Origin: Eledone cirrhosa | Lineage: Eukaryota | Assembly (NCBI GenBank): GCA_964016885.1 | Contig: OZ024746.1 | Coordinates: 49,724,001 to 49,788,000, forward strand | Direction of reading: 5' to 3' | Length of the DNA: 64,000 bases | Shown here: positions 1 through 13,390 of the stretch, piece by piece | How the letters are laid out: each line of letters begins with the position of its first letter | Position numbering within the stretch: position 1 is the first letter of the stretch | Position numbers and translations under genes: made by a program | The notes under the pieces: generated by a model | Databases searched by the model: none | Seen by the model: the letters and a program-made list of their open reading frames with translations, nothing else | Told to the model about the DNA's origin: nothing

Positions 1-837
1 AAATTCGAACTGATCCACTTTGGAAAAGAGGATGCTCTGAAACTCCCGTACTCCCTTCCCTCCGGGGAAACTCTCGTGGCATCTAACAACATCAGAGACT
101 TGGGAGTAACCGTGGACAGCAACATAAGCTGGACCACGCATATAAGCAGCAAAGTTGACATGGCCCGCAGAATGTGTTCCTGGATCCTCAGAACCTTCCA
201 GTCGAGAGATTCCCGCACCATTATCCTTCTCTTCTCTACTTTCGCCCGACCACACCTTGAATACTGTGGTCTCCCCACACGAAACAAAGTATCATGAAAC
301 TTGAAGCTCCTCAAAGGGCAATCACGAAAAAGATAGATGGCATGTCAGACCTTGACTACTGGGGTCGATTGGAAAACCTGAAACTTTACTCACTCCAACG
401 TCGCCGTGAGCGTTATATTATCTGCATGATGTGGAAAATGTTCCATCATCACTGCCCAAATGATGTTGGCATCGCCTTCAAGATACACCCAAGGCTTGGG
501 CCCCGTGCTATCCGTCCCATTCAAAAATCTAAATCGCAACTCATAACAACAATACGGCACAATTATTTCACCTCAATCGGCCCTGCTCTCTTCAACATCA
601 CACCAGGACACGTCAAAACAGAAACTGACCACACAAAATTCAAGAAGTCTTTGGACAAATTCCTCCAAGTAATCCCGGACAAACCACCCACACCCGGATA
701 TATCTCCGCAAACAGTAATTCTCTTCTCGAATGGGCCATGGTGCCCAAATCCTGAATTGAAAGACTTCGCCAGGTGGTGCAAGTTAGACATGGCCTGGGC
801 CAATACTGGCCAAAACATTTCAAAGTTATTCAAAGTT
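1..837 (+). mobile_element. 3' end of a CR1/L2-group non-LTR retrotransposon (frameshifted ORF2 C-terminus plus 3' UTR)
   Basis: ORFs 76-297 and 294-755 encode RDLGVTVDSNISWTTHI...RPHLEYC and LYSLQRRRERY, typical post-RT motifs of CR1-like ORF2; ends in a short tail repeat (ttcaaagtta)x2. Confidence 0.8.
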
Positions 838-2345
<1,508 letters not shown>

Positions 2346-2808
2346 CAAACAAGTAAATAGGTACTCAATAAATATACGCATATACACAGGCACATAAAGA
2401 CACCTCTACAGGCAGAAAATGTAGATACGAAAGAGGTACTCACATGACCATAGTGGCCGTATTTTAGGTTGAGGAGGGGTGGGGGTAGGGTGGGGAGGAG
2501 GTAAAGGGGCCAATAGGGGGAGGTCGTTTCTAGCCATCGGGCTTTAACACTGGCTTAAAGTGTTTGAATGTTGCAAAGTTCTTGTGCATGCAGTTCGGGC
2601 AGTGTTCAGAGAGTTTGTTCAGTAGCGGGCCCTTGGCGAATAAAATTTCGTAGCTCTCTGAAATACAAAGGTCGCAGCCCTTGTGTCCTCCGTTGTAAGA
2701 GCGCGCTTTCTGGAGTATTTTCCAATTAAGCGTGAAGGGGGTGGAGTTCCTTTTGAGGTCCCAAACGTAGGAGGCGAGTGTTGTTTGATTAGATTTATCC
2801 GGTCTTCT
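2346..2808 (-). mobile_element. 5'-truncated Penelope-like element (GIY-YIG C-terminus and 3' UTR)
   Basis: 2530-2808 encodes [11 protein letters not shown]...[12 protein letters not shown]...[12 protein letters not shown]...LLNKLSE..CMHK, homologous to the C-terminus of the intact ORF at 38384-40843. Confidence 0.85.
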
Positions 2809-2851
2809 GTATGTATGTGTGTATGTATGTATGTGTGTATATATATATATA

Positions 2852-2902
<51 letters not shown>

Positions 2903-2933
2903 ATAAGTGTGCATTTGTATATATGTATATGTA

Positions 2934-2964
<31 letters not shown>

Positions 2965-3013
2965 GTGCGTGTGTGTGTGTGTGTATGTATGTATATATAT
3001 ATATGTATATGTA

Positions 3014-3060
<47 letters not shown>

Positions 3061-3138
3061 GTATATATATATATACACACATATATATATGTATATGTGT
3101 ATGTATGTATATATGTATGTATATGATTGTGTGGGCAG

Positions 3139-3188
<50 letters not shown>

Positions 3189-3211
3189 GTGTATATATAT
3201 ATATATGTATA

Positions 3212-3256
<45 letters not shown>

Positions 3257-3402
3257 GTATGTATATATGTACATATGTATATATATGTATATATATGTGT
3301 ATGTGTGTGTATTTGTATGTATACATGTATATGCGTGTATGTGTGTGTGTGTATATGTATTATATGAATGTGAGTATATATATATATATATATATGTGTA
3401 TA

Positions 3403-3459
<57 letters not shown>

Positions 3460-3462
3460 ATA

Positions 3463-3521
<59 letters not shown>

Positions 3522-3547
3522 GTATGTGTATGTGTATGTGTGTGTAT

Positions 3548-3600
<53 letters not shown>

Positions 3601-3638
3601 TGTGTATATATGTATATATATGTATGTGTATGTGTATA

Positions 3639-3702
<64 letters not shown>

Positions 3703-4055
3703 CGTATGTGTGTATATATGTGTGTGTGTGTATATATATATATGTGGATATGTATGTGTTTGTGTGTATGTATATGTATATATGTGTGTATGTGTGTGTA
3801 TTTGTGAGTGTATATGTACATATATGTGTGTATGTGTATGTATGTATATGTATTTGTATATGTATATGTATGCGCATATGTGTATATATGTGTGTATATA
3901 TGTATATATATATATATATATATGTGCATGAGATAGAGAGTGTGTGTGTATATATATTTTGTGTGTCGGTGTGTGTATGTGTGTATGCGCGCGTGTGTGT
4001 GTATATGTGTATATATATGTATGTGTATATGTATATGTATGTATGTGTATATATG

Positions 4056-4088
<33 letters not shown>

Positions 4089-4244
4089 GTGTATATATGT
4101 ATATATATATGTATGTATATGTATATATATATGTATATATGTGTATGTATATGTGTGTGTATATGTGCGTTATTTGTCTGTATATATATGTGTATATTTA
4201 TGTATAGGTCTGTGTATGTATGTGTATGTTTTGTGTATGTATGG

Positions 4245-4276
<32 letters not shown>

Positions 4277-4553
4277 TTGTATATATGTGTGTGTATAGAG
4301 ATATATATATATGTATATATATATATATATGTATGTGTATGTATATGTATGTATATATATGTGTATATATATATGTATATATATATATATATGTGTATGT
4401 GTGTGTATATATATATATATATGTGTGTATGTGTGTGTGTATAGATATTTATACATATGTATACTCGTGTTTGTTTGTATGCGTGTGAGTGTATTTATTT
4501 GTGTATATATATGTGTGTGTGTGTGTGTATGTATGTGTATGTGTGTGTGTATC

Positions 4554-4630
<77 letters not shown>

Positions 4631-4769
4631 GTATATATGTGTGTGTGTGTGTGTATGTGTGTATATTTATACATATGTATACTCGTGTTTGTTTGTATGC
4701 GTGTGAGTGTATTTATTTGTGTATATATATGTGTGTGTGTGTGTATGTATGTGTATGTGTGTGTGTATC

Positions 4770-4856
<87 letters not shown>

Positions 4857-4973
4857 ATATATATACGTATATATGTGTGTGTGTGTGTATGTGTGTGTAT
4901 GTATATTTGTATGTATATATATGTATATATGTTTGTATATGTACATATATATGTATGTATATATATGTATATA

Positions 4974-5022
<49 letters not shown>

Positions 5023-5300
5023 GTGCGTATGTATATGTGTATGTGTATTATATATGTATGTATGTATGTATGTGTGTATGTATGTGTGTGTACATGAATA
5101 TATATTTATATATTTTTTATATATGTGTGTGTGTTTTTATGTGAGTATATGTGTTTGTGTGTGTGTTTATGGTTGCGCGTAAGTGTGTGAGTGAGTATGT
5201 GTGTTTTTTTGTTTTTTATGTGTGTTTTTTTGTTTTTCTGTTTTTTTTGTTTTTTGTTTTTTTGTTTTTTTGTGAATGTGTCTGTTGATTTTGGCATATT
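2809..5300. repeat. Compound (TA)n/(TG)n microsatellite field with an internal ~220 bp tandem duplication (about 4445-4880)
   Basis: Direct reading; tatttatacatatgtatactcgtgtttgtttgtatgcg occurs at ~4446 and ~4664. Confidence 0.9.
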
Positions 5301-5738
5301 GTTGATTAGTTTAAGAGAGGTTCGAAGATAATAGTAAGATATGCACTCAGTATTTTGTATCTGTCTGCAGAATTCTCTAGACCTTTGTCACTTAGTAGAA
5401 CCTTAATGACTTTAGCTTTTAAAGAATCTCCCTTTTCTTTAATTCTATCGAGCATGACTTGACCCCCCACTGATTTTATAGACATCTGTTAGCTTAAGAG
5501 AAACTTATTGACAAGGAATGGTATGCCATCCGGAACCTGTTTATAGAATTCTGTCTGCCTTTGTTACTCTAAAAACATAAATAAATATAAATAAAAATAA
5601 AAATTAACTATAGCTTTGTAGAATTAGCTTTTAATGAATTCCCTTTTCTATCAACCAATGACCTGCACCCATCCCACTCCTCACCCTCTCCTACCACTTG
5701 TAGAGACCTATAAATACCATATTTATTTTTTGATACCC

Positions 5739-5789
5739 AGATTCCTGATGATTTCTAATGAATGAAACAGTTCTAGTCCTGTAGAATCT
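5739..5789 (+). ncRNA. Type I hammerhead ribozyme in a PLE pLTR-like segment (about 5300-5872)
   Basis: agattc-CTGATGA-tttctaatgaat-GAAA-cag(ttctagtc)ctg-TA-gaatct; stems I and III pair; TATA-like ctataaata at ~5708; segment ends in (TA)n. Confidence 0.75.
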
Positions 5790-5871
5790 CATCTATATTA
5801 AAACTGTTATACTCTGCTATGTATTGAGTACCTTACTTACTGTGGTTACCTCCGATTCAACCCGGAATAAC

Positions 5872-5910
<39 letters not shown>

Positions 5911-5914
<4 letters not shown>

Positions 5915-6027
5915 AACATCATCATGCAATAATATTTGTGTTTTCATCGGATAAAACAGGAGAACACTTGATTTAAAACTGCACTATCCACAAGTGTTTT
6001 TTAGCCTTCATATCATGTTCTCCTATA

Positions 6028-6108
<81 letters not shown>

Positions 6109-6247
6109 AGAAATTAAAAGATGGTTAAAAAAGTTCCATCTTTTAATTCCTTCTTTAATATATACTCCAGTTCTACCAACTGTTGAGTGCTACTTATCTG
6201 ATATATGCATAGTTTTATTGTTCTACAATATTACTCACCTTCTACAT
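5911..6247. mobile_element. Two small fold-back fragments of the pLTR of the 16403-18658 Penelope family
   Basis: 5914-5966 matches ~18543-18595 in reverse; 5968-6024 matches ~18494-18551 forward; 6103-6155 is a hairpin and 6135-6247 matches 16403-16512 in reverse. Confidence 0.7.
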
Positions 6248-6255
6248 ATATATAT

Positions 6256-6452
6256 ATAGGAAAAAGTATGACCCCGACGGCAGAGATCAAGCCGTTTCGA
6301 CGGCTATTTCTGAGTCCAGAAATAGCCGTCGAAACGGCTTGAACTCTGCCGTCGGGGTCATACTTTTTCCTATTTCCCACTCTACTACCCTAAGTATTGA
6401 GTACTCTGGAGCGTTATGGTCCATCTGGTTCCTTACCACAATTCCTTTGTTA
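6256..6452 (+). mobile_element. PLE pLTR fragment starting with a 118-bp palindrome built from the 3' half of a hammerhead
   Basis: 6256-6373 is a near-perfect palindrome; right arm reads stemII-GAAA-cggc(ttgaactct)gccg-TC-ggggtc; flanked by (TA)n; related copy at 57341-57548. Confidence 0.7.
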
Positions 6453-6468
6453 TATATATATGTGTATA

Positions 6469-6529
<61 letters not shown>

Positions 6530-6535
<6 letters not shown>

Positions 6536-7008
6536 GTTAAAAATGTACATCTACATATGCATACTGAAATACTAGTGTGTATATGAATACACACACGTAT
6601 ACATATGTAGGTGTACCAAGTCTTTCACTGGTCGCTTTACAGTGAGCGGCCCAGCTATTCTGTATGTAAACACACAGACAAACCGGTTTTTAGAGTCATA
6701 CTGGTTTTTCGGGGGAACACCTTCCCTCTATTCTCCAGAAAGCCAGACAAGGAATATTGAACTAGTTTCGTTGTTGTTACAACTCATCAGCAATATTTAC
6801 CTATCTACCGGCCTTTCTGGAGAATTGTAAAAGCACATATCGTTATATGCTTTTTCTATGAAAATTAGTAGTGGGCAGACTAATTTGCATAGAGTGTGAG
6901 TACGCACCGGTTCAGCGGAGACGATAAAAACAAATAACGAAACGGAATTAAATTTCGTTTCGTTTGTAACTCACTTTTGTATGACTGACGCTTAAACAAT
7001 TAAGTTAA
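6530..7008 (-). mobile_element. Retrozyme-like non-coding HHR element, copy R1 (468-bp unit)
   Basis: 11-bp terminal direct repeat aattaagttaa (6530-6540, 6998-7008), octamer 6883-6890, HHR 6753-6797, homology to 29907-30398 and 42850-43298, (TA)n on both sides. Confidence 0.75.
6753..6797 (-). ncRNA. Minimal type I hammerhead ribozyme (R1)
   Basis: Minus strand: aatattg-CTGATGA-gttgt(aaca)acaac-GAAA-ctag-TT-caatatt. Confidence 0.85.
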
Positions 7009-7029
7009 TATATATATATATAACGTCGA

Positions 7030-7506
7030 TCAATTAGTTTTGCGAGGTTTTTTATATGAAATCGTGTGTCGAAACAAATATTATTATACTTGGGGAGGGT
7101 CATATTTGTGTAATATTGCCAGAATTAATAACAGAACACACTCACTGTTTGGTTGGTTTTCGCTTTTCGCTTCTGTGTCTTTTATATCGGTAATCTAATT
7201 TATTCGGTCCTCAATGTTGCCATTGACTGACCGACGGTCAAAAATAATACAGATCCAATATAGACACAAACACATATATATAGTTTATTAAAGTTCTTTC
7301 GTTGCACATATATATATGTGTTTGTGTCTATATTGTATCTGTATTATTTTTGATCGTCGGTCAGTCAATGGCAACATTGAGGACCGAATAAATTAGATTA
7401 CCGATATAAAAGACACAGAAGCGAAAAGCGAAAACCAACCAAACAGTGAATGTGTTCTGTTATTAATTCTGGCAATATTACACAAATATGACCCTCCCCA
7501 AGTATA
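7030..7506. mobile_element. Inverted pair of PLE pLTR fragments (arms about 7085-7281 and 7308-7506)
   Basis: ~195-bp arms are reverse complements; the same sequence lies 5' of the PLE ORF at 61363-61570. Confidence 0.75.
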
Positions 7507-7516
7507 TATATATATA

Positions 7517-8820
7517 CAGGGCGGGGCATAATTCCTGTTACAAAGTTTTAAATCAATTTAAAAATACATTATGTTGCTAATATAACTAATATATTTGTAT
7601 CAAATCCATGCACTATAACCATATTAACTATTTTTCAGAACATTACTCCATTAACAATTTGCAATGTCCATAGAATTGAAAAGAAAGTTCATAATAGAGA
7701 AGCATGAAAAAGGCCTGACTCCACCCAAGATATTTAAACTGGGGAAAATTCTTAAGATCAATAGAATGTTGATCAAAAGGACAATCGATCGATTTAAGGA
7801 AACTTCCTCGATCAAAGACAGACCTCGATCCAGACGCCATTGCACCTCAAGAACACCAAAACTCGTTAAAAGTGTGAGGGAAACAATAAGGCGTAATCCA
7901 AGAAGGTCCATGAGAAAAATGGCAGAAGAAACAGAAACATCGCCGAGAACTATGCGGAGGATATGTCGAAATGATCTGGCGATGTCACCCTATAAGTTCC
8001 AAAAGAGGGAGCTTCTTTCTGCAGCCACAATTGAAAAGAGGCTCTCCAGAAGTAAACTGTTATTGAACTGTATCAAGGATGGCACGCTGCAAAACATCAT
8101 CTTTACAGATGAGAAATTATTCACTGTGCAGCAGTCTCACAATCATCAAAATGATCGAGTACTTGCAAAAAGTCTCAAATCAATTCCTTCAAGTGCAGGA
8201 AAAGTGTTCAGAACACAGAAACCAGCATCAGTGATGATTTGGGCAGCCATTTCTGAAAGAGGTAAGTCTCCTCTGATTTTTGTGCCTCAAGGAGTTAAAA
8301 TTAACAAAGAACTTTGCATAAAGGATATTTTGGAAGGAGCACTGATGCCATGGTGCATATCTGTTTATGGCGATGACATTTGGACGCTCCAACAAGATGG
8401 AGCGACGAGTCACACTACTTGCATAACACAACAGTGGTGTAGAGACCATTGTCCTGCATGGATCAGTAAAGAAGAGTGGCCTCCCACATCACCAGATCTC
8501 AACTCTCTCGATTTTTCTTTATGGTCAATTCATGAGAGTGAAACCTGCTCTACTCCTAGCCAAAATATTGAAACTCTAAAATCAAAACTGAATAAAGTAT
8601 GGGAGAAAATACCCATGGAAACTGTTCGTGCAGTCATCGAAGACTTTCCTAGAAGGCTTCCAGCGGTGGTGAGAGTTAGAGGAAAGCATTTCGAATAGAT
8701 TTTTGTGCAGTTGTTTAATAGTATATTACTTACTATTTGTTGAAGTCAGATCTTGAAATAAATGTTTTTTTCAAGAACTATTTGCATTTTATTTTGTAAC
8801 AGTTTTTATGCCCCACCCTG
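7517..8820 (+). mobile_element. Full-length Tc1/mariner-superfamily transposon, DD37D (maT) family
   Basis: 28-bp imperfect TIRs CAGGGCGGGGCATAATTCCTGTTACAAA / TTTGTAACAGTTTTTATGCCCCACCCTG, TA on both sides, intact transposase. Confidence 0.93.
7664..8698 (+). CDS. DD37D transposase (344 aa)
   Basis: N-terminal HTH region; FTDEK, QQDGA and SPDLNSLD motifs with 37 residues between the 2nd and 3rd Asp. Confidence 0.9.
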   Translation: MSIELKRKFIIEKHEKGLTPPKIFKLGKILKINRMLIKRTIDRFKETSSIKDRPRSRRHCTSRTPKLVKSVRETIRRNPRRSMRKMAEETETSPRTMRRICRNDLAMSPYKFQKRELLSAATIEKRLSRSKLLLNCIKDGTLQNIIFTDEKLFTVQQSHNHQNDRVLAKSLKSIPSSAGKVFRTQKPASVMIWAAISERGKSPLIFVPQGVKINKELCIKDILEGALMPWCISVYGDDIWTLQQDGATSHTTCITQQWCRDHCPAWISKEEWPPTSPDLNSLDFSLWSIHESETCSTPSQNIETLKSKLNKVWEKIPMETVRAVIEDFPRRLPAVVRVRGKHFE

Positions 8821-9295
8821 TATATATATATTTATATATATATATATATGTATATATATATGTATATGTATATGTATATATACATATATACACATATATA
8901 TATACATGTATATCTATATCCAAAATTAAGATAAATCAAAATGAATTTAATCTAAATCAAAATTATGGGTTTCATGCTAGAAAGGCATGCGCCATATCAC
9001 CCATAAAATAAGCTCCAAGATACTAATGAATAGGCCCGAGCATTTTATAACAACTAGAAATTGATTAACATATAAATAAACATATGAATAATCACAAGGG
9101 ATAATTTTTACAAGTGTGTAAGCACACATAGCTAGGTAGGTAACTAAATAAAGTTAACTAGAACTTCAAGAATAGATACCTTATAATATGATTAATCTTC
9201 CCTGTATATATTCCATTAAAGAAATATATTTCACCAATTAATCGAATGGTAAACGGCGGATGCCGGTACTTGGAATTTCTCTCTCTCTCTCTCTT

Positions 9296-9329
<34 letters not shown>

Positions 9330-9550
9330 AGAGAGAGAGAGAGACTCACACACTTATATATATGTATGTATGTATGTGTATATATAAATACATTCATATT
9401 TGTGTATATCTATGTGTGTATATAGATTCTACGTACAGACATTTTTTTCCAGTGCGACCATTAATATACTTCGCTTTACTTGCTGTTTACTAGGAGGCCT
9501 ATGACAGCATTTTTGACAGTTAATACGGAAAAAAATATGCAATTATATTT

Positions 9551-9663
9551 GCGATAATACATTTACGACACGTTTAACACCACTGAACCGAGGGGATGGT
9601 ATATTGTTATTAATAATTTAGCGTCAAAAAATAGTGTTAAACGTGTCGTAAATGTCTTATCGC
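9551..9663. repeat. 30-bp inverted repeat with 53-bp spacer
   Basis: gcgataatacatttacgacacgtttaacac / gtgttaaacgtgtcgtaaatgtcttatcgc; part of the spacer recurs at ~13420-13452. Confidence 0.7.
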
Positions 9664-10040
9664 AATTAATGACACAATTCCTTCACCTTCATAAAATAAT
9701 TCAGTTTGGCCTTGTATCAATCAATGGCAGGTTAGAACCAAATATATTTAATATGTGGTGTATTTATTTAATAACTAACCAGAAATAAATATATTGGGAG
9801 AAACTAATAAATATGATTAAGAAACGAAATGTTTCAAGTATTTTCCGAAGAAAATCTCATTATGAAGAAAATCTCATTCCGAAGAAAATCTCATTACAGG
9901 AGGATAGATGTATCTATGGCAATGATATTAACATTTCGTTGCTTTTCAAACGTCCCTATTTACTGATCTTACATGAATAAATTGACACTTGACACAGTTT
10001 GCTGATTTCAAATATAACATTGTAAATATATACACGCACG

Positions 10041-10130
<90 letters not shown>

Positions 10131-10181
10131 TATATATATAAATATATATATATACACACACAGACCCCCCCACACATACAC

Positions 10182-10226
<45 letters not shown>

Positions 10227-10390
10227 CTTAGATAATTATGCCCCTTTGTAACCGCCATTTTCGATTTATAAGTTAGTTCTCATTTAAACTTATTCAGATT
10301 AAGGTATGAACTCCGACGTATACTTGCCTCTAAGTATTCCTCTGAAGGTAAATTTCGTTTGCTGTTGTATAGATTTTCAGCTAAATATAC

Positions 10391-10502
10391 TGGAGCAATG
10401 TGAAATGAAGTGTTTTATTCAAGAACACAACACACAACCCAGCAATAGAACCCACGACATGATCGTAAGTTCAACACCCTTACTACTAGGCCACGTGCCT
10501 CC
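10391..10502 (-). mobile_element. Degenerate tRNA-derived SINE head
   Basis: Minus strand ggaggcacgTGGCCTAGTAG (A box)...GGTTCTATTGC (B box-like), followed by a tgtgttcttgaataaaacactt core-like motif. Confidence 0.65.
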
Positions 10503-10665
10503 GTATATATATATATTTCTACACAAGTATAAAAAAAGAAGTTAAAAATGTAGTTGAAGTCTTTGCGAAGACTTATTGATTGACATTAAATCAAATGGTT
10601 CCACAATTTCATTATTTTCCAAAATGTTGTGTGAGGTGAAGTGACTTGAAGCCATGCCATAATAG

Positions 10666-10719
<54 letters not shown>

Positions 10720-11010
10720 CTATTATTGGAGACAGTCATATAAATATATGATGAACGAAACGCTATAAATATTGCCCCCACCTCCCAGAAAATCTCATTA
10801 CACGAAGATAACTCTATGTAGCAGACTGTCACATAAATATTCCCTCATGAATATTAATATTTTGCTCATTTTCATAATTCCTTATTTACTATCGTATTTG
10901 AATAAATATACACTGTTCTTTGACACCAATTCCTATGTATGGAAGAGGCTTTATATATATATATATATATATAAAATAAAATAAATAAGTCAAATTTGGC
11001 TTCGTTTATT

Positions 11011-11065
11011 ACTGCTATATATATTTCGGTGACAGCCATCTTTGGCTGTGACCTCTTCAGGCAAT
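11011..11065 (-). ncRNA. Type I hammerhead ribozyme (inverted copy)
   Basis: Reverse complement of 11481-11535 with one stem I change. Confidence 0.8.
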
Positions 11066-11480
11066 CCGAATTAGTGTGGTAGAGACGAGTACACATGTTG
11101 TTGAGGTGTTTAACTTTGTCAATACTGTGATATGCCCAGTTCCTGGTTGGGTTGTTATTTCACTGAGGAACTGGAATCATATGAATTTAAACAAACGAAT
11201 TAAGAGTAGAGGTCAGATGTACTTAGCAATAACAAGAACAACCACTACAGATTGCCTCGCCTCAGAACGAATTTCTATAGACTTTTGACTGAGGAATGTT
11301 CTCACAACTGACCAATGAGAGGAGAAGATGTCCTTTGACGCTGAAATTCGTTTGTTTAAATTCATATGATTCCAGTTCCTCAGTGAAATAACAACCCAAC
11401 CAGGAACTGGGCATATCAGAGTATTGACAAAGTTAAACACCTCAACAACATGTGTATTCGTCTCTACCACACTAATTCGG

Positions 11481-11535
11481 ACTGCCTGAAGAGGTCACAG
11501 CCAAAGATGGCTGTCACCGAAATATATATAGCAGT
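11481..11535 (+). ncRNA. Type I hammerhead ribozyme
   Basis: actgc-CTGAAGA-ggtcacagcca(aaga)tggctgtcacc-GAAA-tatata-TA-gcagt; palindromic stem III region. Confidence 0.85.
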
Positions 11536-11677
11536 AATAAACGAAGCCAAATTTTAAACATTTGACTTATTTATTTTATTTTACATTACTCCGGAGTAAC
11601 CAAACCAACCTGCGCACTTCGTCGAGTGCTCCAATCTGCATACTGAGGTGCTGGTATACAACCAACATATACTCAAA

Positions 11678-11728
<51 letters not shown>

Positions 11729-11959
11729 CTATATGTCCAGTGAAAAAAATTGTTTATCCGTGTAAGCTGGGATGCCACTTTGGTAAAAACAGCAGTAAGC
11801 AGGAGAAAACTCTCTACATTCGTAGTGAGTAGTTGCGATAGAGATTCAGTATATGAATAACATTAAACAAGATGGTGTGTGAAGACGAGCATGTTTTGCC
11901 TGCAGCATATCATATTGCAGATGTATGGTGCGACCACTTAGGAGCATGTCAGGAAAGAC

Positions 11960-12276
11960 TGCTGTTTGACGACCTCGAAGATGTCTTTCACTCGAGACGT
12001 ATGCGCTGGTATGGCCATGTCAAGCATAGTAAGGGCTGGATCAACAAAGTAATGCATGTCGGTCCAGGAGGCAGTAGAGGTCTAGGAAGACCGAAAAGGA
12101 CTTGGATGGAAGATGCCCGCCGGGATCAAGTTAGGCTTACTCTGGCTCAAGTGAGACCGGTGGATAGAAACACATGGGGCGGGATGCTAAGGAACGCTGT
12201 CAAGCAGGACCCCCTACTTAGGGATCAATTGTGTCCTGCATAATAAACAAAAAAGGCTGGATGATGATGATGATGA

Positions 12277-12280
<4 letters not shown>
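11960..12280 (+). mobile_element. RTE-clade LINE 3' remnant with (GAT)n tail
   Basis: RRMRWYGHV...GSRGLGRPKRTW, characteristic of the RTE C-terminus; (GAT)n tail at 12260-12280. Confidence 0.75.
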
Positions 12281-12357
<77 letters not shown>

Positions 12358-12421
12358 ATGTATATATATATATATATATATATCCCGCCCGTCCCTTCAA
12401 TCTATCTTATTTCTCATTCTT

Positions 12422-12457
12422 TCTTCTGATGACGGACTAGCGTCCGAAACGTTAAGA
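12422..12457 (+). ncRNA. Minimal hammerhead ribozyme in a PLE pLTR remnant
   Basis: tctt-CTGATGA-c-ggac(tagc)gtcc-GAAA-cg-TT-aaga. Confidence 0.7.
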
Positions 12458-13269
12458 CCCTCTTCCTGCTATTTCAAGTGTATAATATATTCCTTCCATA
12501 TGCTGTAACGATTGTGTTGTTATTTCTGTTTACTTTTTACACACACACACACATATATATTATACACGTAATATTATTATTTTTACCTATATTTCCCTAT
12601 ATTAATTTTTCATTTCCATTATTTTCTAGTTATCTAAAAAGTTAAATCTAGTTTCTTCGTTAATACATATAACATCTTTTTCTCGTCTTCTAAATGTTTC
12701 TCTGTATCATATTTTGTTCCATTTCTTCTCTTACGATTTGTTTTTCCTTTCGGTCTATTAAACACTCGATGTCCCCCCCCCATACACACATACACATGCA
12801 CACTCATACGTGCATACACATGCATTCACACACACACACACAAACATACACATGCACACACAAACATACACATGCACACACATGCTTGCACACTCATGCC
12901 CCCCCCCCCAACCTACACACCCACACACACATTTCTTTAGTAAATGTATCAATGTGATTTTGTTGCTTTGTTTAAATTCTGTCTCTGCATAATATTTATT
13001 TGGCAGGTAACTATAATGGTATTTGACCGTTACATGATAAATAGTTCAATCTATAGACTAGATTCAGTCTCCATCCAATTTACATCTAGAAAGACCTTCT
13101 CCCTTTCCCCCAAAGCGGTTGTCTGTAGATGTTTTCTTGTTCCATTTTTTTATTTTTTTAATGTTATTTCTGTTTGTTTGTATTGAAGTGCTTATATCTG
13201 CTGGTATTTGTTGAACATATCACTTGCGACTGGCACTCAGTTGGACAGTGATTGCTTGCACATCGGTGT

Positions 13270-13390
13270 TTCCTTGAAGCTCGGTCTCCTGATTGCGAGC
13301 CTCACAAATGCCGCTGCGGTTCCACTGTAGATCCTTTTGGTTTCCACCCTCTGTCATACCGTTATAATGCTGGACGCCTCCCACGAGATC
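13270..13390 (+). pseudogene. Fragment of a CRE-like (RLE-type) retrotransposon zinc finger
   Basis: CEPHKCRCGSTVDPFGFHPLSYRYNAGRLPR resembles the CRE-clade C-terminal CxC...HxLSC...GRxxRH motif (from memory). Confidence 0.5.

Larger units (their letters stand above)
10975..11580. mobile_element. Solo inverted pLTR pair (arms about 10975-11201 and 11346-11580), each arm with a hammerhead
   Basis: ~225-bp near-identical reverse-complement arms; left arm begins at a (TA)n tract. Confidence 0.8.

Noticed and set aside
9845-9895. (gaagaaaatctcatt)x3 short tandem repeat
   Set aside because: Ordinary local slippage with no further structure
10391-10502. tRNA gene
   Set aside because: A/B boxes are degenerate, no cloverleaf forms, and the sequence continues into a SINE body
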